Of a DNA stretch of 64,000 nucleotides, positions 13,540 to 27,840 are shown in pieces; positions within the stretch are counted from its first letter, which is position 1, and the number at the start of each line of letters is the position of its first letter. The stretch spans positions 819,015 through 883,014 of the forward strand of contig MU054049.1 of the NCBI GenBank assembly GCA_013239625.1. Direction: 5' to 3'. Source of the DNA: Lama guanicoe (lineage: Eukaryota). The position numbers and the translations under genes were made by a program. The notes below the pieces were generated by a model. That model was not told the DNA's origin, did no database searches, and was given only the letters and a program-made list of their open reading frames with translations.

Positions 13540-13955
13540 TAGAATAGAAGCAAGAGTTCAGAAATAAACACACATATTTATGGTCAACTGACTTTAAATA
13601 AGGATGTCAAGACAATTCAATGGGGGAAAGAATAGTCCTTTCAACAAATGATGCTGAGAAAACTCAGTATCTCCATGCAAAAGAATGAAGTTGGACCCCT
13701 CCCCTCATACAATTAAAACATGTATCAAAGACTTAAATATAAGCACCAAGCTATAAATTCATAGAAGAAAACATAGTCATAGGTAAGAAAAAAATTAGAC
13801 AAACTGGCTGTAATTAAAACGAAAAATGTTTATACTTCAAAATCAAGAAAATAAAAAGACAACCTGCTGAATGGGGGAAAATTTGTGCATATCTTACTTC
13901 TATTAAGTCACTTATATCAGGAATATAGCAAAAACTCATACAACTTAAAAATAAA
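13540..13955 (+). mobile_element. L1 ORF2 fragment
   Basis: atatttatggtcaactga...ttcaacaaatgatgctg...aagaatgaagttggaccc, typical ORF2 sequence. Confidence 0.8.
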
Positions 13956-16900
13956 AGTGTGTTTTGCAAATATTTTCGCCCAGTTCATGGTTTAACTTAA
14001 AAAGTTAAAAAGTTAAGAAGTTTTGAATTCTAATAAAGTTTTTTTTTTTTTAAAACATGGATCACTTTTTTGGTGTTGTATCTGAAAACTAACTTAAGGT
14101 TACCTATATTGTCTCCTGTGTTTTCTTCTATAAATTTTGTATCTTGTGTTTTATGTTTAGGTTTATTATCCATTTTGAATTAGTTTTTACAAAACATATA
14201 AAGTCTGTATCAAGGCTCTCTTTTTTTTTTTTTTTGAGTATGGACATACAGCTGTTCCTGCAACAGCTGTTAAAAGCACTATCCTTTCTCCAGAATTACC
14301 TTTCCTTCTTTGTCAAAGATCAGTTGACTATATTTGTGTGGGTCTATTTTGGGGCTTTCTATGAGATTCCATTCACCCATGTCTATGCTCTTGGCAGTAG
14401 CGCACTGTCTTGGTTACCGTAACTTTAAAATAATTAAATTGAATTTAGGCAGTGTGATTCTTCCAACTATGTTATTCTTCAGTTCCTTCTTGGCCGCTTT
14501 GATCATCTGCCTTTCCACGTAAACTTTAGAATCGATGTGCTGATACCTATAAAATAGCTGGCCAGGATTTTGACTGACATTGTGCTCTATTTATAGATCA
14601 AGCTGAGAATTGATACCTTAACAATGTTGAATCTTCCAATCCATGAACACAGAATATTTCTTCATTTATTTAGACCCTCTTCAATTTCTTTCACCAGTCT
14701 TGTAGCTTTCTATATGTAGATCCTGTACAAATTTTGTTAGATCTTTATGTTATATTTAACTTTTCATGTTAATGAAAATGGCATTGTGCCTTTTTCAAAT
14801 TCTGCTGGTTCATTTTAAACAGGTATGAGGGAGGACAACTGAGTTTTGTACATGAAGCTTGTATCTTGTGACCTTGCTATAATTGCTTATTAGTTCTAGG
14901 AGGTTTTTTGGTTTTTGGTTTTTGGTTTGTATTGTTTTTGCAGATGATTTGTGATTCTCTGCATAGACAATCCTGTGACCTGTGAACAAAGTCAGTTTTA
15001 TTTCTTCCTTCCCAACCTGTATAACTTTTATTTCCTTTTCTTATCTTATTGCATTAGCTAGAACTTCCAGTACTTCCAGGAGTGGTTAGAGGGAACATCC
15101 TTGCCTTATTCCCAATATAGCAAGAAAATATCCACTTTCTCATCAAGTATGATGCTAGCCGAAGTTTTTTTTTTTTTTGAGATATTCCTCATCAAGTTGA
15201 GGATGTCCTCTTTTCCTAGTTTGCTGAGTGTATTTATCATGAAGAGGTGTTGCATTTGTCATATGTTTTTTCTATATCAATTCATTTGATCAAGTGATTT
15301 TTCTTCTTTAGCCTATTGATGTGGTGGATATATTTTTTTTAATGTTCAACCAGTCTTGCACATTTGCAACAAAACCCCATTGGTTGTGTTGTACAATTCT
15401 TTTCATACATTGTTGGGTTAATTTTGCTAATATTTTCTTGAGGGTTTTTGCGTCTATATTCATAGGAAATATTTCTCTGTAGCTTTACTTTCCTATCTTT
15501 ATCCAGTTGGGCATTAGGGTAATGCTAGCCTCACAGAACGAGTTAGGAAGTGTTCCTTCTACTTCTACTTTCTGGATGAGATTGTAGAGAATTGGTATCA
15601 TTTCGTTCTTAAGTGGTTTGTTAAAATACATCAGTGAAACTATTTGGGTCTGGTGCTCTCTTTTTTGGAAAATTATCACTTATTGATTGAATCTCTTTAA
15701 TAGTGATAGCCTTATTCAAATTATCTATTTCTTTTTGGCATACTGGTTATAATTATTTTAAAATTTTGTGGTTCTCCTAGGTTTGCAATATATGTATTTA
15801 CAGCTGATCTAAGTCCACACTCAAATAACACTGTACTACTGTTTCACAGTTAGTGCAGGTTTCTTATAAACAGAGCATTCCCACTTCCTCTCTCCTGTTC
15901 CTTATGCCATTGCTGTTACTGGGTTCAGCTGTCCACACACCATAGTCACTCAATACGTTGTTACTCTTATTACTTTGTGCAGTTATTATTAGATCAATTA
16001 AGAATAAGAAAAAGATTTTACTTTATCTTCATTTATTCCTTCTCTGAATATTCTATGTAGATCAGTTTCTGACCTATATCATTTTCTTTTTCTCTGAAAA
16101 GCTTCTTTTTAACATTTTGCAGAGAACAAGTCTGCTAGTGATAAATACTCTTGGTTTTTATTTGTTTGAGAAAGTCCTTATTTAGCCTTCACTTCTGAAG
16201 AATAATTTCACTAAATATAGAATCCTCTATTGGTGGGGATTTTTTTCGACTTTTTAAGTATTTCACTCCACACTCTTCTCCCTTACATATATCTGATGAG
16301 AAGTCTAATGTAATTCTTATCCTTGTTCCTTAAAGGCAAGGTGGCTCCCCCTACCCCCAGCTTCTTTCAAGATTTTCTCTTTGTCTTTTGGTTTGTTTTG
16401 CAATTTGAATAGGATATGCCTAATATGTATATAGTTTTATTCTACTTGGTGTTCTCTGAGCTTCCTGGATCTGTGGTTTGTTAATTGCCATTGCCTGGAG
16501 TTGGCCAAACCAGTTTAGAGTCCAGCTGTCAAAATTGAGGGCACATAGTTCTCTGTAAGGCCCACCTCATTTCTGACACCAACTGCAAGTCTGAAGGTGT
16601 TCCCCCAAACCACCCTCAGGTTCAGTAATTTGCTGGAGGGACTCAAAAAACTCACTGAAAGCCATTACATTCATAGCTATGGTTTATTACGGGGAGGGGG
16701 GAGAATCAAAGTAAAATCAACCAAGAAATAGATGAGCAGGGAATAGTCTGGGAGGATTCCAAATGCACAGCTTCCCTTGCTCTCTCTCTCTCTCTCGTGG
16801 AGTCAGGACACGCTGCACAGCGAGCATCAACGTGTGACAATACGCAGAGTATTGCCAACCAGGAAGCTTGCTAGAACCTCAGTTTTCACAATTTTTATTT

Positions 16901-17810
16901 GGGCTCTATTACATAACACAGGCAGGAGTAACTGTCCACCTGGTTGATCTCAGCCTCTAGGTTGACTGATACCACATGACCCAAAGCAGCCACCTTGAAT
17001 CACATATTAGCCTTTCTAGCATAGGCAGCCTCTACCCTAAGACTATCAGGTGTAGTTAGCAACACTCTAAGATCTGGTGTAGCCAATCCTTGCCCTAAAT
17101 GAAGACATTCCTTTCAGGAATGACAGTGATTACCTCCCAGAAACCAAAGGCAAAGGCTAGCCCTCTTTTTGGGCAAGCTTAAATTCTCTACTACACCATC
17201 ATCAATTTTGGAAAATTCTGGGCATTACTATACATATTTCTTCTGCTCCTTTCTTCCCCTTCTGGTATTCCAATTATGTGCTTAATACACCTGAAATGAT
17301 CTCGCCATTCTTGGATATTCTGTCTGCTTTTTTATTCTTCTTTCTTTGCATTTCAGTTTGAATTTTCTATTGACATATCTTCAAGCTCACTGACTATTTT
17401 CTTAGCTGTATCCAGTCTACTGATGAGCCCATCAAACGCATTCTTCATTTCTGTTGCAGTGTTTTTTATTTCTAGCATTTCTTTTTCCTTCTTTCTTCGA
17501 GTTCCCACCTCTCAGCTTACATTGGCCATCTGTCCCTTCATGTTGTCTACTTTTTCTATTAGAGTCTTTAATATACTAATCCTAGTTATTCTAAATTTTC
17601 TATCTCATAATTCCAAAATCTCTGCCATATCTTGGCTGTTATTTTCTTAATTCCCCTATGTCTATAGATTTGGAGTGGTGGTTTGCTCTGTGACCTCAAT
17701 TCTCCTATGGGTCTAACAAGTGATTTTTAAGTTCGTTTAGCTTTTTCCTTGTTGTAAGGGTGGGAGTGACAACTTCTAAGGTTTCATATGCATCAAAGAT
17801 AAAACCAGAA
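13956..17810 (-). mobile_element. Old antisense L1 (ORF2, ORF1 and 5' pieces) with a MER21-like insertion
   Basis: Minus-strand RT-region peptide MIPILYNLIQKVEVEGTLPNSFCEASITLMP (ORF 15485-15679); T-rich antisense L1 throughout. Confidence 0.85.
16495..17195. mobile_element. MER21-like LTR inserted in antisense L1
   Basis: ttctgacaccaactgcaag...aaaccaccctcaggttcagtaatttgctggagggactca...ctcactgaaagc signature. Confidence 0.7.
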
Positions 17811-18942
17811 GCCTGGGTCTTTAAATGTTAAAAACTGTTGCATAATGACTATTCTTTTTCAAACAACTACTACACCTCCACTTCTTAATCTCTAGAAGAT
17901 CCTGATTTACCTCCCAGAGGCCCATGACCCACATGGAAGACTTCAGAGAACAGCTTCCTTTAGATCCCACCGTTAGACGATAACAAGTGATGAATGTGAA
18001 CTCCAGGAAGCAGGGATTTTTATCAGTTTTGTTGCCTACTGCATCCCCAGAGCCTAGAACAGCACCTGGCACAATACATGTGTGCTGAGTGACAAATTAA
18101 TTATCAACACTTCATTAGGGAACCGCTGAGCGAAGTTTCCAGGCTGGTCCAATTTTAATGGCCCTAGGTGACTCTCATGTCTATGATGGTCTACCTTCCT
18201 CTGGGAACTTCAGTTGACTGGTTATGGGGTTTTTATTCCCTGAACACTGGAGAAGTAAGACTGGGTGCCTGGTTCCAAATATAGGGTCCCTGTGTCTGTA
18301 CATAGAAACTCCATCAAGCACAAATCCATTATTCTACTTTCTTTTCAAAAAAATTTCCAAAAGCAGTAGTTCACAGTCAGAGTAGGATCGAGTAGTCTTT
18401 CTAAAAGGGAATTTCTATTCATTCAGGGACTACCCTATGCCCTTTCTTGAACTCTCTCTCTTTTTTTTTTATTATATATGTAATTCTTCTAATAGTTCCG
18501 TGAGATATGGCCTATCATGCTTTCCTTTTCATAGTAAGGAACTCCAGTGGAGAGATTTTAATACCAGAATAAGACCACAGAGTAAGTGGTGAAACTAGGA
18601 TTCACCCCCAGGCCTGGCTTTTTGTAAAGACTATGCCTACCTTTTCAAAACTGACAAAATGTTGTCAGTAGCAGGGTGGAGGATTGACTTCCCCAGTTCA
18701 CTGGAAAGTTAACAGAGACTGGCCTGTGACATGATGCTAAGAGGAAGAGGGAGCAGAGTTCTGGGTACAGGAGAGAAAACAGTTTCTTAATTGAACAGGG
18801 GCTGAGCTGGTCTTGAGGAAGCACTGACTCTTAGATGGCATTTAGGGCAGGTATCTGAAAGTCAGTGCCATGGACACCTATATCCCCATGTTAATCCTCA
18901 CCTTCCACCCAGGCCACTAGGATGTTGATTCTTCCCACACTT

Positions 18943-18956
18943 GTTGCTATGGTAAC
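18943..18956. promoter_or_regulatory. RFX X-box motif
   Basis: GTTGCTATGGTAAC, a near-palindromic match to GTTRCYATGGYAAC in non-repeat DNA. Confidence 0.5.
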
Positions 18957-19632
18957 TGGCTGGCAGTCTTACCTGCTAGCATCGAACATGCTGAGAGAAG
19001 CCCATTGGTATCATGAACCCAGTCATATGGTAGGAAGTCGGATGAGTACACATTCCAGATTGGGTGGGGGGACTCAATGGCTATGTGGCCAAGGGCTGCA
19101 ACTGATGTAGATGTGCGGCTAAGAGTGAGCAGTAGAGATGGGGCAGCTCAGGTCTGGTTTGAGTCCTGCCTCTGCTGCTCAGCACCTGTGTGCCCTTGGG
19201 AGTCAATAGATTTCCTGAGTCTCAGCTTCCTTATCTGGCCAACAAGGAGAGCTGCTCCGCCCCCACAGAGCCGGGGCAGCAGTAAATGAGACAGCAGGAG
19301 GGTACAGAAGAACTGTGAGCCCTCACTGTGGTTTGCCATTTTGCAACCACTCCCAGGCTCAAGTCATTTCTCCCAGATGTGCAGGAACAGAAATCAGTGT
19401 AAGAAACTGGTTCCCTAAGGAAAGCCCCTGATTCAGCCCCTATTTGGTTCAGTTGTTGGGGGTGAGTGAGTCTGGGCTTCCGCTCGGCTCTCGGAGGGCA
19501 GTGTGTCTGGCAGAGCTTCTGTCTAGACAGTGGCTGAGGGCTCTGCCAGCCTCTCCCCAGCCTCTTTGCTCCTGGGGCACAGTTGCCTCATTATTTCTCA
19601 GGGCCCAGGAAAGCACGAGGGCTCTCCCCTGC

Positions 19633-20031
19633 TATCATGGCTGAACAGTGCCCCCCGCCTCCACCCCCAACAGACTTCATACATTGAAGTCCTAACCCCC
19701 AGTACGTCAGAATGTGACTGGATTTGGACATGAGGTCTTTAAAGAGGTGTTTAAGTTATGAGAAGACATTATGATGGGTCCTAATCCAATATCACTTGTG
19801 TCCTCATAAGAAGAGATTAAGATGCAGACGTGCCTAGAGAAAAGACCACCTGAAAACGCAGGGAGCAGGCGGCCACCTGCAAGCCAAGGAAAGAGGCCTC
19901 AAAAGAAACCAACCAGACTGACACCTTGTTCATAGATTTTAACCCTCCAGAATTATCTGAAAATCAATTCCCGTTATTTAAGCCACCCAGCCTGGGCTAC
20001 TTTGTTACAGCAGCCTGAGCAGACTAACACA
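19633..20031 (+). mobile_element. MLT1A/B-type MaLR solo LTR
   Basis: tgaagtcctaacccccagtac...tttaagccaccc...tttgttacagcagcctgagcagactaacaca; near-TSD cctgc/cctgt. Confidence 0.85.
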
Positions 20032-20299
20032 CCTGTCCTTCCTCCTCACTGGGAGTAAGAGAATTCCAGCTCCCACAGGGGCCCTTGGAGGCAGGGACTC
20101 CTCTGGGACCACCAGGAGGTGAGACACTTCATCTTGTTTCTGCCATCTCGGAGTCTCACTGCCCCCAGCCCCATTTCTGCACTGAGGGCCCCAGGACCCC
20201 AATTCCATGTTTCCCAGGCCTCTCCGGTTCACACACTCCCCTCAGCTGGGAAAGAGGGAGATCTCAGGGGTGATAGGCTGTAGCTAGTAGCACAACTTC

Positions 20300-20730
20300 G
20301 GGTGTCCCATGTCCCACCCCCGTGACCAGCTCCAATTTCAGTCACAGGTGTGATAAAGAGTTCCCCCTCACTGACACTCCCAGCTTCTGGGGACTTCTCT
20401 GAAGCCAAAGGGAACCCATTGCCCCTGTGCAAATGAACGAAGCCCAGAAGTGCTGTGCCTCCGCACCCCTAGGGGCAGCCTTCAGCTGAGGGAGCAGGAT
20501 CATTCTCCAGCCTCCATCCTTCTGGGACCACCTGGGAAGCACTGCACCCCTCTTCCCCGGAACTCAGTCTGGGGCTGACAGTGGCGACCTTGAGGATGAC
20601 CTTGACACCCGCCTTCCCTCCTTGCATGTCTCACTCTCCTCACCCCCCCATCCCTGCTTCCTGGCATCATCTCCCAAATAAACTGCCTGCCCCCAAGCCC
20701 TTCTCTTTGGCTCCGCTTTTGGGATTTGGA
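20300..20730 (+). mobile_element. LTR16-like (ERVL) LTR
   Basis: tgcttcctggcatcatctcccaaataaactgcctgcccccaagccc 3' signature. Confidence 0.6.
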
Positions 20731-21375
20731 CAGAGCTTCACCACTTCCCAGATGGGGAGCAGGATGGAAGATTCCACTTCCCTCTTCTGCAAAATGGGAA
20801 CATGACTATCTCACGGGCTGGTTATGGGAGTTGAATGAGATCACCGTGCTGAAGTGGGTGGTGAACTGTGTGAGGTGATCTCAAAGCTATTATTTGTTAT
20901 TATTTCTAGTTTGGTGGCATCATGGGTCCTTCCTCCATCCTTCCTTCATTGCTCTTTCATCTAAAAACAGAAGAGGAAAAGCCCCACCTTCATCTCATTT
21001 CCTAGGGGCTCTGTATTCCCAGGTGCAGGTGAACATCCTTGGGGAGGGATGGAGGCTAAGGGGTTGACACGGTCCCTCCCCTGCCCCACCTCCCCCAAAT
21101 GACATCAGTGTTTATCTCTGGGCTTCTCTAAAGACAGCTGGCCGAGAGCACACTGCGTGGAGACACGGGTGGCCGGGTCTTTCCAGCCCAGCCTGCGTTG
21201 GTGCTGTCTCTGTGCCGGGGTGTCACAGGACGGGCTTGGTGCTTGTGCAGGGAGCCTGGGGAGGGGCCGGATGGGAACACCTTGTCTTGTAACTGTGAAG
21301 TGTCTTGTCTGACTAACTGATGGTGATGTGATAACCATACTAGGGACTTCAGGAAGAAGAGAAGATAAAAGATGC

Positions 21376-22143
<768 letters not shown>

Positions 22144-23069
22144 CCTTGGCTGGCACGCAAAGTCCAGAGAGTGCTGGGAGGGAGGTCAGAAGGGCCAGGA
22201 CAGGGGTGCAGGGATGGAGCTGCTCACAGACGGAGAGACATGAAGGCAAAAGGCAGTGCACAGGATGGGGTGTCGGGTGGGCAGGGGTCTGAGGGGCTTC
22301 CCCAGGTTGGCTCGGACTTTGGCTTAATTCAGAGAGTTCTTATGGGGGGAAGGGGCAGAGTGGGTGGGTGGGACGGTCAGAAAAGCTGCCGTCTATACAC
22401 ACTTTGTCAGCACCCCTACCAGATCAGCCCCCAAGAAGCAGATACCCAGGAAGCTAAATGCTGCTGAGAATCCCCTGCAGAAGCAGATGGGTCCCCAGTG
22501 CGGTATCTATGGTGTTGGCTGTGGGGCAGGTGCTGTGGACCGAAGCTGGGAAGTGGGTGTCACTCTTCACTCACACAGCTGTTGCCCAGAGCAGCCCACA
22601 GGGGTGCATCGTGGATGGATGGATGGATGGATGGTGGTGGAGTTGGTGAGATGGGACAGTGAGAGGACAGAGCATGCTGGATGGGTCAGTCAGGAATGGC
22701 AGCAAGCAGTCCTCCCCATCACGGTCCCACCTTCTGTGCCCTCTCGCCACAATGGCACCTCCTCCGTCCCAGCTGCCCAGGCCAGAAGGCTGGGCCTTGA
22801 CTCTCCTCCTCCCTCCCTCCCTTCCACATGAGCCAGACACCCAGCCCTGTATGTTCTTAGACTGTTCTGTCTCTACCACTAGTATCGTGGCCCAGCTTCT
22901 CATCAGCTCTTCCCTAAACTGTTGAAATGGTTTCCTACTTTGTGGGTCTCCCTGCCCTGGCCTCTTCTCCCTCTGCCCATTAGCTTCCCATCCCAGAGCC
23001 ATCTTGCTGGAATCTCAGAATGGCCTCATATCTTCCATTGGGTTCCTTTGTCCAAAACCAGAAAATAAG

Positions 23070-23340
23070 AACCTAGGATGGCTTTCTAATGCAACATGGC
23101 AAGGCTGAAGGACACATCCCAGGATTCCCTTTCTTGCATTTTTCCCATTGGGCTGGGTTACAGGAAGACTCTTGGGAGATTTGAGAGATGGAAGGGATGC
23201 CGCAGCCATTCTGCAGCACAGAGGCATTGTTGCTGATCAGCTGATTCACCTTGTTGGCATGAAGCAGGAGCTGGACCTGCCATTGTTCCACCCTTCCATG
23301 GAGCCTCCTTCAGCTTCTTTGACCCCTGGGCCAGGTACAT
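23070..23340. mobile_element. Old ERVL-type LTR fragment (LTR33-like)
   Basis: ccaggattccctttcttgcat...tgggagatttgagagatggaag...cagccatt resembles LTR33-group consensus as recalled. Confidence 0.4.
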
Positions 23341-23759
23341 GTGGGTTTAGCAGAAATACTTTGCACCACCCCAAACCGTTGCTACCCAGCTGGAAGCCCC
23401 AGACATCCTCAATGCCTTCTCTGTCCAGCACTGCCAAACATTATCCACCTTTTTCTCCAACATCTCTTGAACCCACTGTCCCTTTTATATTCTTACTGAC
23501 TCAGGTCCTCAGGAAGCCACCTGACATCCATTAGCCTTCTCTCTACGTCATTTTTTCACTCACTCAGCGGTTATTAAACATATATCAGGTATCATTCCAG
23601 ACACTGAAAACAGCTCTAACCTTAACCTTCGCCCTTCCCTCCTTATTCTAAGTGGTGCATGAAGAGTGACCAAAGGGCTGTTGGAAGTAAAGCCTGCAGA
23701 ATAGAGCTTATATCTTAGTAGGAAGGGGAGACAGATAATAGATGAAATAAATAAGCAGG

Positions 23760-26700
23760 AGGTGGGACTTCCAGCTATGTCTGAGTGATGAGGTCGGCAA
23801 ATCCTCTTTCCAGGATTCCGGCAACTATTAATCTGGACAGAATAGACAAAACAACCATCGCTATACTCTGAAACTGACCAAAGGCATGCAGCAATCTCAA
23901 AAGCGATTATGCTTAAAAAACGGCCATATTTTAGGTAAGAACAGTGACGGTCTGTAGTGTTCTTGCCAGCAGGTGCTTCTCTCCCATTTTCCCCAGCTCA
24001 GTCCTCACTGAGGTTCTGCCAGGGTGAGGCACACCATGGGGACCAGCAACTTTGCTGACAAAGCCAAAAGCAGCCCCTTCAATTTTGAGCAGTGGGTCAC
24101 ATCCACACCCAGAGACATAGTCAGCGGAACAGACAATCTTGGCAGTAGGTGAACGGAAAGAACTAATGCTGTGTCTGAGTTTGTAGTCTTTGTTGGGGCA
24201 AACATATTCCTGGATTAGGCTGTATGCATGTGCAGTGGAGACCAGAGAGGGCTCAGGGTACCCAAACATTCCTGCCACCCCTAAGGCTGTGGGCATGTGC
24301 AGAGGTCATATGGAGGGTCCAGCAGAAAGTAAAAGCCAGGGCAAACTTGAAAACAACCTGAACTTTGATACCACTTCCCTTCCCCACATAGATCTTTTGG
24401 CAGAGAATGGAAGCTCTACTGGCTCAAGGTCTGAACACAACATCTGTCCAACCACCAGCTGATCACTGAATTACACAGACACAGGGGTGGTCCCTAGGAA
24501 GCCAGGCTTAGAAGTAAAAGGAAGAATAAAGCACAAATATAACCAGAGATATTACTGGCTGCATACTGTGGGGAAGACAGATTTAACAGATTTATTCCAG
24601 GCAAGTTACCAAACAATTGAACAACAATATTATTTAGGTGAGTAAATCAGAATCCAATTCCCACAATATGTTATCTAAAAAAGTGATGAGATATACATAT
24701 ATATTAAGGAAAAGAAAAGTGTGACCCATACTCAGGAGAAGTCAGTAAAAACTCTCCGAATAGTCCCAGATTTTCTTTGTATTTAGCAGACAACTACTTA
24801 AAAGAAAACTATGTAAATACATTTAAAGAACTAAAGGAAACATGCTTAAAGAATTAAAGGGATGCGTGATAATAATGAATCAACACTTAGAGAATCTCAA
24901 TAAATTAGAAAGTAAAGGGCCAGATAGAAATTCTCGAGTGGGAAGTCCAATAACTGAAATGAAAAATTCACTAGAGGGGCTCAACAGAAGATCTGAGATG
25001 GCAGAAGAAAGAATACATGAACTTCAGGATAGAGCTGTAGAAATTACCCACCCTAAAGAACAGAGAGAAACAGAACAACTGAAGGAAAAAGAACAGACTC
25101 TCAGAGAATATATGTGTAATGTAGGACCTAGTAGGAGACAAAGGAGGGAAACAGAAAAATTATTTTAAAAAACAGTGGCCAACAACTTCTCAAATCTGAT
25201 GAAAAATATCACTTTTCACATGTAACAAACTTAAAAAAATCCCAAGCAGATACACACTACAACACTTTCGAGTCCAACTATTGAAAGACAAAGAGAAGCT
25301 CAGGAAAGCAGCAAGAGAAAAGCAATTCATCACATGAAGGGGGTGGGGGGGCATCAATATGATTGACAGCTGACTTCTCATCTGAAACAATGGAGGCCGG
25401 AAGTAGAAGACCATATTCAAAGTGCTGAAAGAAAAATAAAAACCATTAACAAAGAATTTTGTATCCAAAGAGCTATCCTATGAAAATGAAGGCAAAATAA
25501 AGACATTCCCAGATAAACAGAGTCTAAGAAAATTCCTTGCTGGCAGACCTGCCTCGTAAGAAACACTAAAGGAAGTTCTTCAGGCTGGAAGGACATGACA
25601 CTAGGCAGTAACCAGAACCCACAGGAAGAGATGAAGCACACAGGAAATCATAAATATGTGGATTAATATGAAAGATACCATAAATATATATTTTTTTCTC
25701 ATTTCTTCCCTTAACATCTTTTAAAGATATACGTGTGTATAAAGCAATAATTGTAACAGTGTATTTGGGGGCTTAGAATATGTAGATGTAATAGATACAT
25801 GACAATAATAAGACAAAAGAGGAGAGAAAAAATAGAACTGTTTGGAGCAAAGTTTCTATATTTTACTGGAATTAAATATTAATCTGAAGTAGATTAAGAT
25901 AAAATGCATATTATAATCCCCAGAGCAAACACTAAGAAAATGACACAAAAATATAGTTTAAAAAAATCAGTAAAAAATTAAATGGTATACTAGAAAATAT
26001 CTATCTAGCACAAAAAAGATGATAAAGGAGGAAGAGAGGGGCAAAAATAGAGGAGACATACAGAAAACAAACTACAAAAAGGAAATTGTAAACCCCATCA
26101 TATCAATAATTACATTAAATGTGAGTGGCCTAAATATCCCCATTCAAAAGGCAAAGACTGTCATCATGAATTAGCAAGATCTAGTTATATCCATGAGACA
26201 CATTGTAGATTTGTGACACAAACTGTTTGAAAGGAAAAGGATGGAAAAAGATATGCCGTGCAACAGTAACCATAAGACAGCTGGAATTGGCCATGTTAAT
26301 ATAAGATAAAATAGATTTGAAGAAAAGAGACATTACAACAAAGAGGAACATTTTACAATGATAAAAGGGTGAATACATCAGGAAGCTATGACCATTATGA
26401 GCATATACAAACTTAACAAGAGAGCCTCAGAATACATAACACAAAAACTAACAGCAGACAACTGAATGAGAGGAGCTGATTCCCTGCCCCAAACTCAAGA
26501 AATGACAGAGCAACTAGACAGAACACCAGCGATGATATAGAAGGCTTGGGCAACACTTAGCAAACTTGTCCTAGTTAATATGTATAGACGCTCCTCATAA
26601 TGACAGTAGATTATATGTTATTTTAGTGTCCATATGGGACATTCAGGATATGCCCTAAAATAATAAACCAACTGGCAAGTGGATAAACAAAATGCACATC

Positions 26701-27060
26701 CATACAATGAAGTATTATTCAGCTAAAAAGGAGGAACTGCTGATACAAGAATTTGAATGAACCTCAGAAACCGTATGCTAAATGAAAGAAGCCTGATGCA
26801 AAAGACCACATAGTATATGATTCCAGAAAAGGCCAATTTACAGAGACAGAAGGCAGATCAATGGCTTCTCAGGCTGGAGTGGGTGGGAGTGGGGATTAAT
26901 TGCAAGTAGTCAGGAGGGAACTTTTCCAGGTGATAGAAATGTTCAAAACTAGATGATGGTGATTGTTGTATACCTCTATAACTTTACCAAAAATCATTTA
27001 GTTGTACAGTCGGAATGAGTGAATTTTATCCTACGTAATCTACATCCCCATAAACCATTA
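23760..27060 (+). mobile_element. Old L1: 5' UTR, ORF1, ORF2 start, then an L1MC-like 3' end
   Basis: ORF1 coiled-coil peptide ITEMKNSLEGLNRRSEMAEERIHELQDR (ORF 24842-25168); ORF2 start atatcaataattacattaaatgtgagtggcctaaa at ~26100; 3' end at 26670-27060. Confidence 0.85.
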
Positions 27061-27444
27061 AAATACCTAAATATACGACATAGAAACGAATGCTATGAAG
27101 AAAAACAAAGCAAGGAAGAACCATAGGAATGTCAGGATGAGCCTGCAGTTTGTGCAGTCATTGGCATGACTTGCTAAATACTCCCAAGCCTCGCTTCTAG
27201 GCACGTGGTTGGGCTGTACTTCCTGGACCTCTTGTGGGTAATTGGGGCAATGAGTTGAGTGGAGTATGATATGTGTGACTTCATTGTTGACATGAGATCC
27301 TTCTAGAGCTCGATCTCTCCCTTTGCCATCCGGCCTGGCTACCAGCACCACATGAGATCATGGTCATTCTATTAGCCTGGGTCTTTGGGTCACTAGGATA
27401 GCAGGTGACCTGTGACCCAGTTACTGTGTAACCTATCCCACTAT

Positions 27445-27840
27445 GACACAGACAGGTGGTCAGTGAGAGCCTCACTAGAAGGTGACACTTGAGCAATAGT
27501 CTGGAAGAGGTGAGTGTGTGAGACATGTGGCTATCTGAGAAGGGTGCTCTGGAGAGAGGGGGCAGAGCACAAGCAAAGACCTGGAATGTCTGATGAACAG
27601 CAAGAAGGCTGGTGTTGCTGATGCCAAGCAAGTGGGGTACATAGGGGACGATGTGATGGGTAGTGTTGGGCGGGTAGAAGAGTGACACAGGAATCCATTG
27701 AGGTGTGTTGAGTGAATAACAGATCTAATCTGATTTAGGTTTAAGAGTCTTGCTTCAGTTGCAATACTGAGAAGAGATGAATGGGCCATGGGTAGAATCA
27801 GGAAGACCAGTGAGGGGGCCCTTGTAAGAATCCAGTTGAG
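27445..27840 (-). mobile_element. L2 LINE fragment
   Basis: gaaggtgacacttgagcaa...gaacagcaagaaggctggtg...atctgatttaggtttaaga. Other L2 pieces lie near 18.0-18.1, 22.8-23.0, 39.9-40.1, 40.55-41.0 and 61.2-61.55 kb. Confidence 0.7.
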
